Shown piece by piece: positions 53,046 to 64,000 of a stretch of 64,000 nt of DNA; position 1 is the stretch's first letter; each line of letters opens with the position of its first letter. Below the pieces are notes generated by a model. The model searched no databases, was not told where the DNA came from, and worked only from the letters and a program-made list of their open reading frames with translations. Made by a program: the position numbers and the translations under genes. The DNA is from Camelus ferus. Its lineage: Eukaryota. Location: assembly GCF_009834535.1 (NCBI RefSeq), contig NC_045696.1:29204001-29268000 (forward strand), given 5' to 3'.

Positions 53046-53399
53046 AAAATACCTTAGGAAAAGTTTCCATTTCAGTTAAGCAGAACATTTAATGAATTCT
53101 ACTAAACAAGGGTAACTACTTAAATACCATAAATGTGCTCTCAGGTGTGCATCTGAGAAAAAATATTTCACAACACTCAAACAAAAATGAAGTCAAGGCA
53201 AATTTACAAATCTAGTTTATCATCAAATTTTGACTTGAATTTGATTAATTTTTCATCCTTTAAGTATGAATATAAAGGAAAGGAAAGAATGAGTCCTGAA
53301 TAAAACTACTTCAACACTAGGTAAGTGAAGATTACTTTGTAGACTCAGAAAAGGAAAAAATAAAAAACTCTGAAAGTAATTTATTTCTGGAGTAAGGGG

Positions 53400-54300
53400 A
53401 AAAAACCTAAAAATGGTTATCATTTGTGTTCAAAATAATACAACTAGGCATTTCCATGAAATATGTGCAGCTATCCACAGGAAGAAAACATGCGGAAATG
53501 AAAGACAGTAGGACATAGTTAAAGACAAGTGAAAGAAACTAAAAATTCCTTAGTGGCAGAAGGTAAAATTGCCAGGAAGCTAAAAGTTAAACAGTAGAAT
53601 TAAAGTTTACCTTTTTGGAGTTGAAAGCAAACAATGGGTATTAAAATAGACTTTCTGAATCAGTAAATAAAAAATTTTAGACTACGTAACTGAAAGATAA
53701 AATAACAAAAATGACCAGAGAAAATTTAACAGATACAGAGTAGAAAGTGAAGGTAAAAACTCAAAACATAAGATGTTTATGAAGAAAAAATAAAACATTA
53801 AAACAAAAAATATTTAGAGATACGTATCTAAAGAAAACTGCTGCGACTGTCGGGGATGGTACTGTCAAACCGTCCCAGATAATATTTATGAAAAAATAAT
53901 GATATATAAATCTATTTTCTCTCATTTAAAACTTGAAACTTATAATAAAGTAAAAAATACATATATTATTCAAACAGCTTGCTAGAAAGAAAGAAATTGC
54001 TGTGTACAAATAGTAAAATCTGACCAGCTCATGTTTCTCCCCTGCCAGATTAAATGGAAAAGATACAAGAGAAAATTTTAGTGTTGAGAGGAAATTTTGT
54101 GAATGTCAAAATTTTGTGCCCAGATAAAGAACGTTAATTAATGAAGGAAACCAAAATATAATTTTATATATCAGTGACCCAGAAAATATATGGAATTAAT
54201 TCCATAGAAATGTGCAGCCTACAAGACTAAAACTAAAAAAGACAAACTGTAAGGATAGATAAAAGGGATAAAACACAAAAATTTTAATAGCTTGCAGAAG
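53400..54300 (+). mobile_element. Possible ancient L1/HAL1 ORF1-region relic
   Basis: Strongly A-rich; degenerate similarity to ORF1 3' motifs (aaaattttgtgcccagataaa). Confidence 0.35.
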
Positions 54301-54479
54301 TATATATATCAAGTATATTAAAATATAATGGAGTAAACATTAATAACAGAGAATATGAAAATTATTCATTAATTTATACAATAAATATATAATGAGCAAT
54401 TAGAGCCATGAACTTTTTTTCAGTTGCTGGTTATACTATATTGAATCAAATATAAGAATCAATGAATTAGTAGAATTTT

Positions 54480-54511
54480 ATATTTTAGTGGGGGAGACAA
54501 TATATACTATA

Positions 54512-54552
<41 letters not shown>

Positions 54553-55200
54553 CAAGATAGTACTGAGTTCTAAAGAGAAAAAAGAAGCTGGAAAAGAGGA
54601 TGTGAATTGTAGTGGGTGGAAGAGAGTATATAGAATGTATTGTATCACAAACAGAATGGTCAGAGAAATCCTCATGGAGAAGGTGATCTCTGAATGAAGA
54701 CCAGAAGGAAGTGGCAGAATGTACCATGTGGACATATGAAGGAAAGGTATTCCAGACAGATAAGAGAAATTGCATAGGTCTTGATGCAACAGCATGTCCA
54801 CCATTTCTAGAAACAGCAAGGCCCCCAGGATAGCTGGAGTGAAGGAATAAGAGAGAGTATTATGAGACAGAATCAGAGAAATAACTGAGAGCCAAGATCC
54901 AAGATCAAGGCATTCTCACACTGAGATGTTAGAGAAAGAGAAAGAACTAAGAAAATTGGTGGCCAGCAAATTAATAAGAACACCAGGCAAGTGAGGTGTC
55001 AGAGAAACCAAGAGAAGAAAGTACTTCAAGGAGAAACAGCTGCTAGCTCAAAAAATAGGAGAACTGACAAATAACATTGGATTAAACAAATTGGAGGTCA
55101 TTGGTGACTTTAGCATACAGGGATTATTGGTGTGATGGAGATAAAACCTGATTAATTAGGTTGAAGAAAGAATAGGAAGAGAAAAACTGGAGATAAAAGA
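54480..55200 (-). mobile_element. L2 relic (contains (GT)n 54518-54548)
   Basis: tggtcagagaaatcctcatggagaaggtgatctctgaatgaagacc...ggaggtcattggtgacttt typical of reverse L2. Confidence 0.75.
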
Positions 55201-55664
55201 GGGAAGAAAGGAAAGAATTGACGTAAGAAGGGAAGAAGAGAGGGAAAACTAATGAACAAAACTCAAACCAGCTGAAGCAAGCTGAACAGTGAACAGATCT
55301 TTCTAGCATGCTGTACTAGCTAATGAGTTGTTATAAAATGCTTCCATGGAATGGGGATGCAGAGAGTTGTCTACAATATTGAGAATAACTGTATTTTCCT
55401 TGGACACCTTTGAGGTCAAGTCAGAAGAGGTCCCATGAGAAAGCTTCTGATGATCAAATATATTTCATTTCAAAAAATTCTTTAAAGGGCAAATGCAGGT
55501 GACCAAGAGACAATTTCCAAAAAGTGATGAAAAGAGTCAAGGGGGCTGTGTTTAAAATTAGTCATTAAGGAAAAGGAGCAACTAATTCTCTTTTTTTACA
55601 GTAAAATTTATAAGAAATTTATAATAAATCAAATAGTGCAATACAACCACGTGCGCATGCACAT

Positions 55665-55666
<2 letters not shown>

Positions 55667-55694
<28 letters not shown>
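55667..55694. repeat. (CA)n microsatellite
   Basis: Direct reading. Confidence 0.9.
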
Positions 55695-55696
<2 letters not shown>

Positions 55697-57159
55697 TCCT
55701 GACTGAACAATGTAAAAAAATAGTCAGAAGGCAATTAGACAAATCAAAATAGAGAAAAGGACACAAAAGTGATGATGATCCACAAACCCATTTAGAAAGA
55801 ATGGACTGATTATTAAATGGTATTTGGCAAATAGCATAAATATTTGGGAGAAATCAAATAAAATGTTTATTTTATACCAGTGATTCTCAAACTTTTGGCA
55901 TTTATGGAGCACTTTCAATGAGTGCTTATTATTAAAATCCTCCAGATTTTAGAAACCTTAAAAACTACTGTGATTTTTTTTTAATTATAAAAATGTTTTA
56001 ATTATATTTTCTGTCAATGATTAGAATGACATTAGAAACTTATTCCAAGACAGCTCTCTATTTCTGGATCAAAGTAGAATATATTAAGTTTCAAAGATTA
56101 AGTTTCACATCCAACTAGTTCATTTCTTTACTCTTTATTTCTACTGTATTCAAAAATTCTTACAATTGTGAGTTTCTGAGAAAAATATCAACTGTTTTGT
56201 GCTGTGGCAAATTCTTCCATATATCTATACCAAATATGAATACCACACTTAGGAAAATATTTCTTGCTGAAGATTCCTTTTAGTTCAAAAAATGAGACTA
56301 AGACAACAATTGTTGGATATATTTAGAAACCACATCCAAATACGTATCATATTCAAAAGCAGAAAGTTTAAATATTTCAAATTGAGATAGTGGGAAATAA
56401 TTCTGAATCAACTATTTGGCTACATTTGATTCTGGAAAGTATTACTTTAAGAAATATGTAAAAAAAAATCACTAATTTTGTTCTCTGAGTAATGAATAAT
56501 ATGATCAAGAGATGAGAAAGAATAAAAAAATCTTAACCAAAAGCTACTTCTATCAAGGATTGGAGTCATCAAGGTTTCCTACAACCAACTCTAACATTGT
56601 AGTTTTAAAGCTATAAAGTAAGCAGATGGAGCTATTCAAGATAAGGAATATAGTCAGTATTTAAGTGAGTCATTGAACACTTAGAAATAGTCTTCAGTGC
56701 TTTATCATTCTTTACTGCAAAAGGCATAAGAGAAGATTCTCCTTGCATAAAGATAGCTGCCTAAGATTAAATCTTTCTAGACATCCTTCTTGTAGATTTA
56801 AAAGGAGAATAAATAAAACTACACCTAACCCACACCCACAGTATAACCAGGAGACACAGAATTTGTCAAACTTCTAAGTATATGTAAGTGGGAAAATAAA
56901 TATCCAAAGCAACAGAGCCAACTCCAGACCTGCATTAGCCAAAAGTTAGGAAGACCGTACAGAAAAGGTGAGGGCATGCACAGGGGACTGGCAGAGACAG
57001 AACATAGACAAAATTATCTACAGAAAGAGAAATTTCTACCCTAAGTGTGAAAATACTAAAAACATTTATGAGACCTGTTGGACATGAGCAAATGTTGGTT
57101 CACACCCTCAGGAGCTTCCCAAAGGAAATTTGAAACTGCCCGCCCACCCCCTCCCCCCC

Positions 57160-57532
57160 ACGCCATAGAAAGCAGAGAAACCAGAGAAAGAGGCAGGTAC
57201 TCCGGAGTGGTAGGTGGCAGTTTTAATTAAACAAAGGAACTTACATAGGAGGCTTGTCTTGGGTGGCAGCAGTATGAGTAGATCTCTGCACCTGCCTGTG
57301 AATTGTTAACAGTTTATATAGAAGCCTTAACTGAGTTCAGTCACATATTCAGTCCAGATGGTCTCAACAACACCTTACTCTCTAAAGACCACATCCTTGA
57401 AACAGCTGCTAGTGTGGGAATGATGAGCAGAGCATATGTTCTGAGGACAGGGAGGGGTAAGGAGGCTCCAATTCCCAGGTCCAGCTCAAGGGTCAACTGG
57501 TGATCAGATCCTTTCAATAAATTCCTCCAATA
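57160..57532 (-). mobile_element. Probable solo ERV LTR
   Basis: Compositional shift; reverse TATA (tttatatag) followed by a polyA-like signal in LTR order on the minus strand. Confidence 0.4.
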
Positions 57533-57689
57533 GCAAAACATTACCTAACAGTTAACAGTGAAACTATTAACTGGCAAATAATTTTGTAACATATATTAAT
57601 GAAAATGTTTAATGTTACTAACACTTACAAATCAAAGAAAAAAAACTGGAGAACCAACATTAAATTGTATTCGCATAGAGTGAGAATTA

Positions 57690-58114
57690 GAAACACCTGA
57701 TCAACATAAAAAGAGTCAATTTCACTAGTAATATAAGAAATAGATGTATATTTCTTATCCACAATGAAATATCACCCCACATATGTCAGAATAGCTATCA
57801 TCAAAAAGACCATAAATAACAAATGTTGGTGAGGATGTGGAGAAAGGGGTATTCTCCTACACTATTGGTGGAAATGTAGCTTGGTGCACCCACTGTGGAA
57901 AAACAGTATTAAGTTTCCTCAAAAAACTAAAAATAGAACTACCATAAGATTCAGTAATTTTACTCATTACTTTCATTAAGAAAACAAAAATATCAATTCA
58001 AAAAGATACATGCCTCCAATGTTCATGGTAGCATTATTTATAATAACCAAAATATGGTAGCAACTTAAGTGTCCATTAATGGATGAACAGTTAGAGAAGA
58101 AGTAGTAAATAAAT

Positions 58115-58148
<34 letters not shown>

Positions 58149-58575
58149 GGAATACTATTCAGTCATAAAAAGAATGAAATTTTACTATTTGTAACAATGT
58201 GGATGGAACTGGGTGGTATTATGCTCACTAAAATAAGTCAGAGAAAGACAAATACTGTTTGTTATTGCTTATACATAGTATCTAAAAAAATAAAAGAATA
58301 TAACAAAATAGCAACAGAGTCACAGATACAGAGAACAAATTAGTGGTTACCAGAGGGTAGGGTGTAGCAGCAAGATAGGCATAGAGGATTAAGAGGTATA
58401 AACTACTATGCATAAAATAAATAAGCTACAAGGATATATTGCACAGTACAAATAATATAGCCAGTATTTTCTAGAAACTTTAAATTGAATATTATATAAA
58501 AATTCTGAATCACTGTGTTGTACACCTGAAACTAATATAATATTGTAAATCAATTATACCCCAATTTTTAAAAGA
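57690..58575 (+). mobile_element. L1MA-type 3' end
   Basis: aacaaatgttggtgaggatgtggagaaagggg...aatggaatactattcagtcataaaaaag...tgttgtacacctgaaactaatataatattgtaaatcaattatac. Confidence 0.88.
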
Positions 58576-59971
58576 GATAAGAAATTTTAATTTTTAATTC
58601 TTATTAATTATTTATTATTATTAATTACACTGTATTGACAATTTGGGCTTTATAAATATCAGAAACTATAATGCAACACATGTTAAATGGCTTTAAATAT
58701 TCATTATTTTGGGCTGAGTAATTCTACTTCTTAGAAATATATTTTAGGAAACAAAATCAGGGATTTGCTTACAGATAACTATTGGAAGTTACTTAATATA
58801 ATGTTACCATGTGGAAAAAATGGAAATGGCATAAGGAAAGAAGGAAATTGTTAAATTCTAGTGATAAAATTTGGTGTAGAGATTTAAATGGTGTTTTAAA
58901 GAATCTCTACTTTTATGAGAAAATGCTAACAATGTGCTAAGTGAAACATGGTGTTCAAACAATAAAATGACTAATCTACATTTGTTGCTTTGTCACACTT
59001 GTGGAAAATAATCTTTTATTTTTTTAAACCAGTTAGAAAACTGTGAGACACTTTTCTTCATGAAGAGGCAGACAATTATTTGACTCAAAATTCCCTAAGG
59101 CACATTTAACATGGAGTTTTTCACTTCAAATTTGCAAATAACATTGTTTGTACTATGGTAAAAATAAATGATTTGTTGAAATAATCAGAGATGTATTTTT
59201 AATAAATGTGAGAAATAAATTACAACATATTTACAATTTTAAAGCTTCTCAAATTAACTCTTTCTTGAAGTTTTCTGAATTAAACTTAATTCCCCTTAAC
59301 TATGATAGCGCAAAAGGTCTTCAATAATTTGTCACAAGAGATCAAGATTAAAATAATTGGAACTTAGCTGTTCTCTAATTAAGACTAGAACAAAAAGATA
59401 TTTTATTAGTACATTTACCAAGGCATTACATTACCAAGGTACTTAGGAAAACTTGTTCAACAATAAATTTTTTGAAAGAGACTTTTCTCCAGTCCAAAAT
59501 TAGAAGAAACAATCATATTACTTAGTAACTTAAGAAAAATTTGCAAATATTAGATTTGATTTTATCATGACAGAATCTTTATGGTTTCATGCCACATTGA
59601 ACTTTCTTCTCTCCATTGCCTCAAGAATGGAATATCATTTCACATTGATGGAAACTGGACAGGGATCATTATAGTCACATTTCCATAACATGAGTGGAAA
59701 AATCTAATTGACATTTTATTGGATCCCATGTATACAATGTTCTGCTATAAGTGGCAACTTCTCAAGCCATCTCCTGCAGTCATCATTTAAATAGAAATAT
59801 CTCAAAGATAATGTTCCCCCAGCATAGCATCTTGTTTATCTAAATTCATTGTTCACTGTCATAGTTAAAAACTCATTAAAAATCAGAAAATGTTTAAATT
59901 TTATTTCAAAGAAAACAGTCAAAATATAAACATCCAAAAATAAATAACCAAAGTGAAAATGATAGCTTTGT

Positions 59972-61412
59972 GGTCAAGATGGCAGAGAGGAAGAACCTGA
60001 GCTCACCTCCTCCCATGAACACACCAAAATTACAACTATTTATAGAGAAACTATTGATGAGAAAATGGAAAGACTAACAGAAAAGATCTTCTACAACTAA
60101 AGATACAAAGAAGAAATGACAACAAGAAAAGCAGGAGAGGCAGAGACATGGTATAGTCAAGAACAATTCCCCCGAGTGAGTGACCCAAAAATGGAAAGAT
60201 AATTTATAATTGCAAACCTTCTCTCCAAAGAGCAAGTGGTTCAAGCCCCACATCGGGCTCCCCAGCCCAGGGGTTCTGTACTGCGAAGATGACATTTGAC
60301 TTTGAACACAGTGGAGCTTATTTTCAGGAGAGCCAGAGGGCTGTGAGAAATAGACTCCACTCCTAAAGGGTGTACACAAAGTCTCACACATCCCAAGACC
60401 CAGGGCAGAGGCAGTGATTTGAAAGGAGCTTGGGTCAGATCCATATGATGATCTTGGAGATACTCCCAGAGAGGAAGTAGGCAGCTGGGGTTCACCCTAG
60501 GGACATAGACACTAGTGGCAGCCATTATTTGAAGCTCCTTCTATCATGTGGACACTGTTGCTGGAGAGCACCATTTTAGAATCCTCTAGCTTACTAATGT
60601 CAGGACCCAGCCCCAACCACCAGCCTATCAGCACCACTGTTGGCACACCTCAGGCCGAGCAACAAGTTGGGCAGAGATACAGCCCCACCAATCAGCAGAT
60701 ATGCTGCTCTAAGATACCCTGAAACCCCGGCTATGTTGGGACTTGGCCCTTCCCACCAGAGTGCCCAAGATATGGCCCTGCATGCCAGTGCATCAGTCAT
60801 AACTCCAGGACCCATAAGGCCCCATAGCCAGACCCTGGCTTCAGCCCTGCTGACCAGCAGGCTGAAATATCAACTCTGGGATCCCTAGGGCCCTACAGCC
60901 AGAGACCCCGGGACCAGGATCCACCACCAGCAGGATAACACAGGCATCAGGATATGCTAGACTACCACAGCCAGCTGTGACAAGAACTGGCTTCATCTAC
61001 CTATAAGCCAGTACCAGCCTCAGAAACCCCCTGGACTGTAGCCCCATCCACCAGAAGGCAAGCAATAGCCTGAAACCCACACAGGCCCTGGCCCCAGCCA
61101 CTTGGAGCCTTGAAGACAGCAATCTCATGACCAAGCACCATCTACCAGTGTTTAGAAGCTTCTGTACAACACAAGGCATAGCAATCAATTGGACTGGGAG
61201 AGAGCCATGCCGTATCAGACTATCCACAGTAGTCAGGCACCAAAACAGAAGAATACACACAGACCAAATAAGGGGCAATCCTATAGAAAATAGCTCTGGT
61301 AACCAGAGGGGAGTGCACATCTGGGACTCACAGGATGTTGCATACAAAAGAACACTTCACTATCATCAGGAAAAACGTAACAAACCTACCAAATACATAG
61401 AAATAAAAACCG
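59972..61412 (+). mobile_element. Older L1 5' UTR, cut off just before its ORF1
   Basis: Starts ggtcaagatggcagag...ctgagctcacctcctccc; CpG-depleted GC-rich body; ends aaacctaccaaatacatagaaataaaaac. Confidence 0.75.
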
Positions 61413-61414
61413 CA

Positions 61415-62750
61415 GAGAGAGAAGCAAGATGGCGGAGTAGAAGGACACTCGTAGCTCACCCTCTCCCACAAATAAACCAAAACTCACATCAACGGACCAA
61501 CTCAGCCAGCCAGAGCACCTGCCGAACTCTGAAAGAACATCGCCCTCTTCGAAAGGCAAAGACACCAAAAATCTGGTAGGAGAAAAGGAAAAAAGAAAGA
61601 AGAAAAAAGCAAAACAGTGCGGGACCAATCCCACAGGGAGGGAGCAGCAAAGGAGGACAGGCGCTCTTTCACTGGGTCTCCCCTCTCCAACCGAGAGGCC
61701 AGCGGGATGGAGAGGGAGCCTCCAAGGCTCAGGTCTGCCCCGAGCACCCCTTGACTGACAGAACTGAGTTAAACAGGCACAAAGGGTCCCCGCGACACCC
61801 AGCCCAAGACGCAAGCCAGCAACTGGGGCCGGGACAGGCCACCCAAGCCGGGCAGAGGACTGGGGCAGCTGCACTGAGGCAGCCCAGGGGACTACAGGGT
61901 GCTGCACGCCATGGCTGGGAGGGGATATGGAGCAGGACAACCTCAGTCCCCCATAAATTGTGAAAAAAGCAAAGCAACACGGCTGGTGTGCCCTGGAGGG
62001 AGGGGCGCCATAGTCTTTGTCTCCTCAGACCTGTGCTGCCATTACTGGAGCTTCTCGCGAGAAGAGAGGCGGAGCACAGCCACAGCCGCCATCTCCTCCT
62101 GTGCACAGCACCTGGGTAGGGGTGGGACCAAGACCTGAATCTGCACCAGGGGCTCCATGACCTCCTAGGCAGGACTGAGACTTGTTTACAGCCCGAGGCA
62201 GATAGGATCTTTCTGCCCTGGTACCTCAGAGAACCTTGCCGCCAAGACAAACAAGGAGCTGAGATTTGGCATGGAGCAGGCCGGGGCCATTCCGCAGTCT
62301 TCCCCGAGCCTGCCTTAGGAGCGCAGAACCGAGGCAGAGCGGGCAGCTGCACAGAGCAGCTGAGCGACCGGCGCCAGGAGAGGGTGGGCAGCCACCTGCC
62401 TTCCTGGAGGAACGCAGCACCTGACCATGGTGCTGGGAGGGGGCACAATCCGCCCACCTGTCTCGCCCAAGCCCAGCATCTGACTGTGGCATCGGAACTG
62501 GGAGTGACATGCCTGCCCACCAGGTAAGAGGTCAGCTTCTGGCCCAGTGTTGGGAGGGGGCACGATCTGCTAGCCAACAGCCACTGGGAGCAGCACAGAC
62601 GAGGGTGCCAACAGAGGGCCTCTGGAAACAGCAAGCTGAGTTCGTGAAACAGGGCGAAGACACAAAGACCTCTCAATAAAATCATTAAGAGCACAGCATC
62701 TCCAGGACAAGTAGATAACTGATACTCCTTAAGCCATAGTGCCGGAGAAA
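61415..62750 (+). promoter_or_regulatory. L1 internal promoter (CpG-rich 5' UTR, YY1 site 61426-61434)
   Basis: aagatggcg motif at element start; many retained CpGs. Confidence 0.7.
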
Positions 62751-62751
62751 T

Positions 62752-63752
62752 ATGAGCAATATGAAGAAGCAGAGGACACTCCCAATTAAAAGATCAAGAG
62801 AAATCCCCTGAAAGCACAATCAAGGAAATAGACATTGATGGCCTACTAGACCAAGATTTCAAAAAAGGAGTGATCAAAGTACTGAAGGGACTAAAAGAAA
62901 TAGTGTTTAGTGATATAAAATGTCAAAAATGAAATAGAAGCTATAAAGAAGAACCAAGTAGAATTAGTAAACTCATTTGCTGAGATGAGAGCTGACCTAA
63001 AGGCTGTGCAAAGCAGACTAGATAATACAAAGGAACGAATAAGTAACCTAGAAGACAGGACAACAGAAAGCACCCAATCAGAACAGCTGAGAGAAAAACA
63101 AATAAAAAACAATGAAAAAAATATAAGGGACCTATGGGATAATATAAAGCATGCCAATCTACGCATAATAGGGGTTCCAGAAGGGGAAGAAAGAACAAAG
63201 GGGATTGAAAAGGTATTTGAAGAAATCATGACTAAAAACTTCCCAAACCTAAAGGAATCAGAAATCCAAGTACAGGAGGCTCAGAGGGTCCCAAACCGGA
63301 AGAACCCAAACAGACCCACACCAAGACATATCATAATCAAGATGGCCAGAGTCAAGGATAAAGAAATGATCCTAAAGGCAGCAAGAGAAAAACAAAGAGT
63401 GAGTTACAAGGGAACCCCCATAAGGCTGTCAGCTGATTTCTCTACACAAACACTACAGGCCAGAAGGGAGGGGCGAGATATATTCAAAGTCCTGAATGAA
63501 AAAAAGATGCAGCCTAGGATACTCTATCCAGCAAGGCTATCCTTTAGAATAGAAGGAGAGATAAAGAACTTCACAGACAAGCAAAAAATAAAAGAGTTTA
63601 GCAACACTAAACCCATGCTAAAAGAAATATTGACAGGTCTAAATAGAAAAGAAGCAGGATGCTACAAAAATGAGAAACTCATAACTGGAAAGGAGATAAC
63701 TGCCATGAATTACAAAAAGAATAAACACAAAATTGTAAAAGAAGATATCTAA
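62752..63752 (+). pseudogene. L1 ORF1p, frameshifted near 62776 and 62924
   Basis: NLRIIGVPEGEE, PRHIIIKM, ILKAAREK, PIRLSADFS..TLQARRE, PRILYPARLSF are ORF1p motifs; ATG 62752 is out of frame with the main ORF. Confidence 0.92.
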
Positions 63753-64000
63753 ATCATTAAGAGTGAGAGAGGGAAGCAAGGAAAGCCACTGTGGAAAACA
63801 GTATGGAGATTCCTCAAAAGACTAGGAATAGACTTACCATATGACACAGTCATCCAGCTCCTGGGCATATATCCAGAAGGAACCCTACTTCAAAATGACA
63901 CCTGCACCCCAATGTTCATAGCAGCACTATTTACAATAGCCAAGACATGGGAACAGCCTAAATGTCCATCAACAGATAACTGGATAAAGAAAATGTCGTA

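Larger units (their letters stand above)
61415..64000 (+). mobile_element. Younger L1: 5' UTR + ORF1 + ORF2 C-terminus, with nearly all of ORF2 missing; runs off the window
   Basis: YY1-type caagatggcgg start, CpG-rich UTR, ORF1 homology, then from 63786 sequence matching 7086 onward. Confidence 0.93.

Overview
AT-rich mammalian intronic or intergenic DNA. The L1 3' UTR type and the lack of Alu, B1, Bov or PRE SINEs suggest a cetartiodactyl, probably a camelid (inference). No host protein-coding exon could be identified. The only protein-like sequences are TE-derived: L1 ORF1, L1 ORF2 C-terminus, and relic ERVL integrase and CR1 RT. Most of the window is layered TE relics (L1, L2, CR1, MIR, MaLR/ERVL, hAT MITEs); family names come from recalled consensus sequences, not a database search. 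Best observations: (1) a ~555-bp-arm inverted repeat at 1.4-3.4 kb, not a TE I recognise, with perfect internal blocks and diverged outer edges, suggesting arm-to-arm conversion and a possibly invertible 913-bp spacer; (2) a second, older inverted repeat of similar geometry at 20.2-21.5 kb; (3) an L1 whose ORF1 region joins directly to the ORF2 C-terminus at a splice-like AG junction (HAL1-like or spliced integrant); (4) a probable L1 3' transduction at 12.5 kb.
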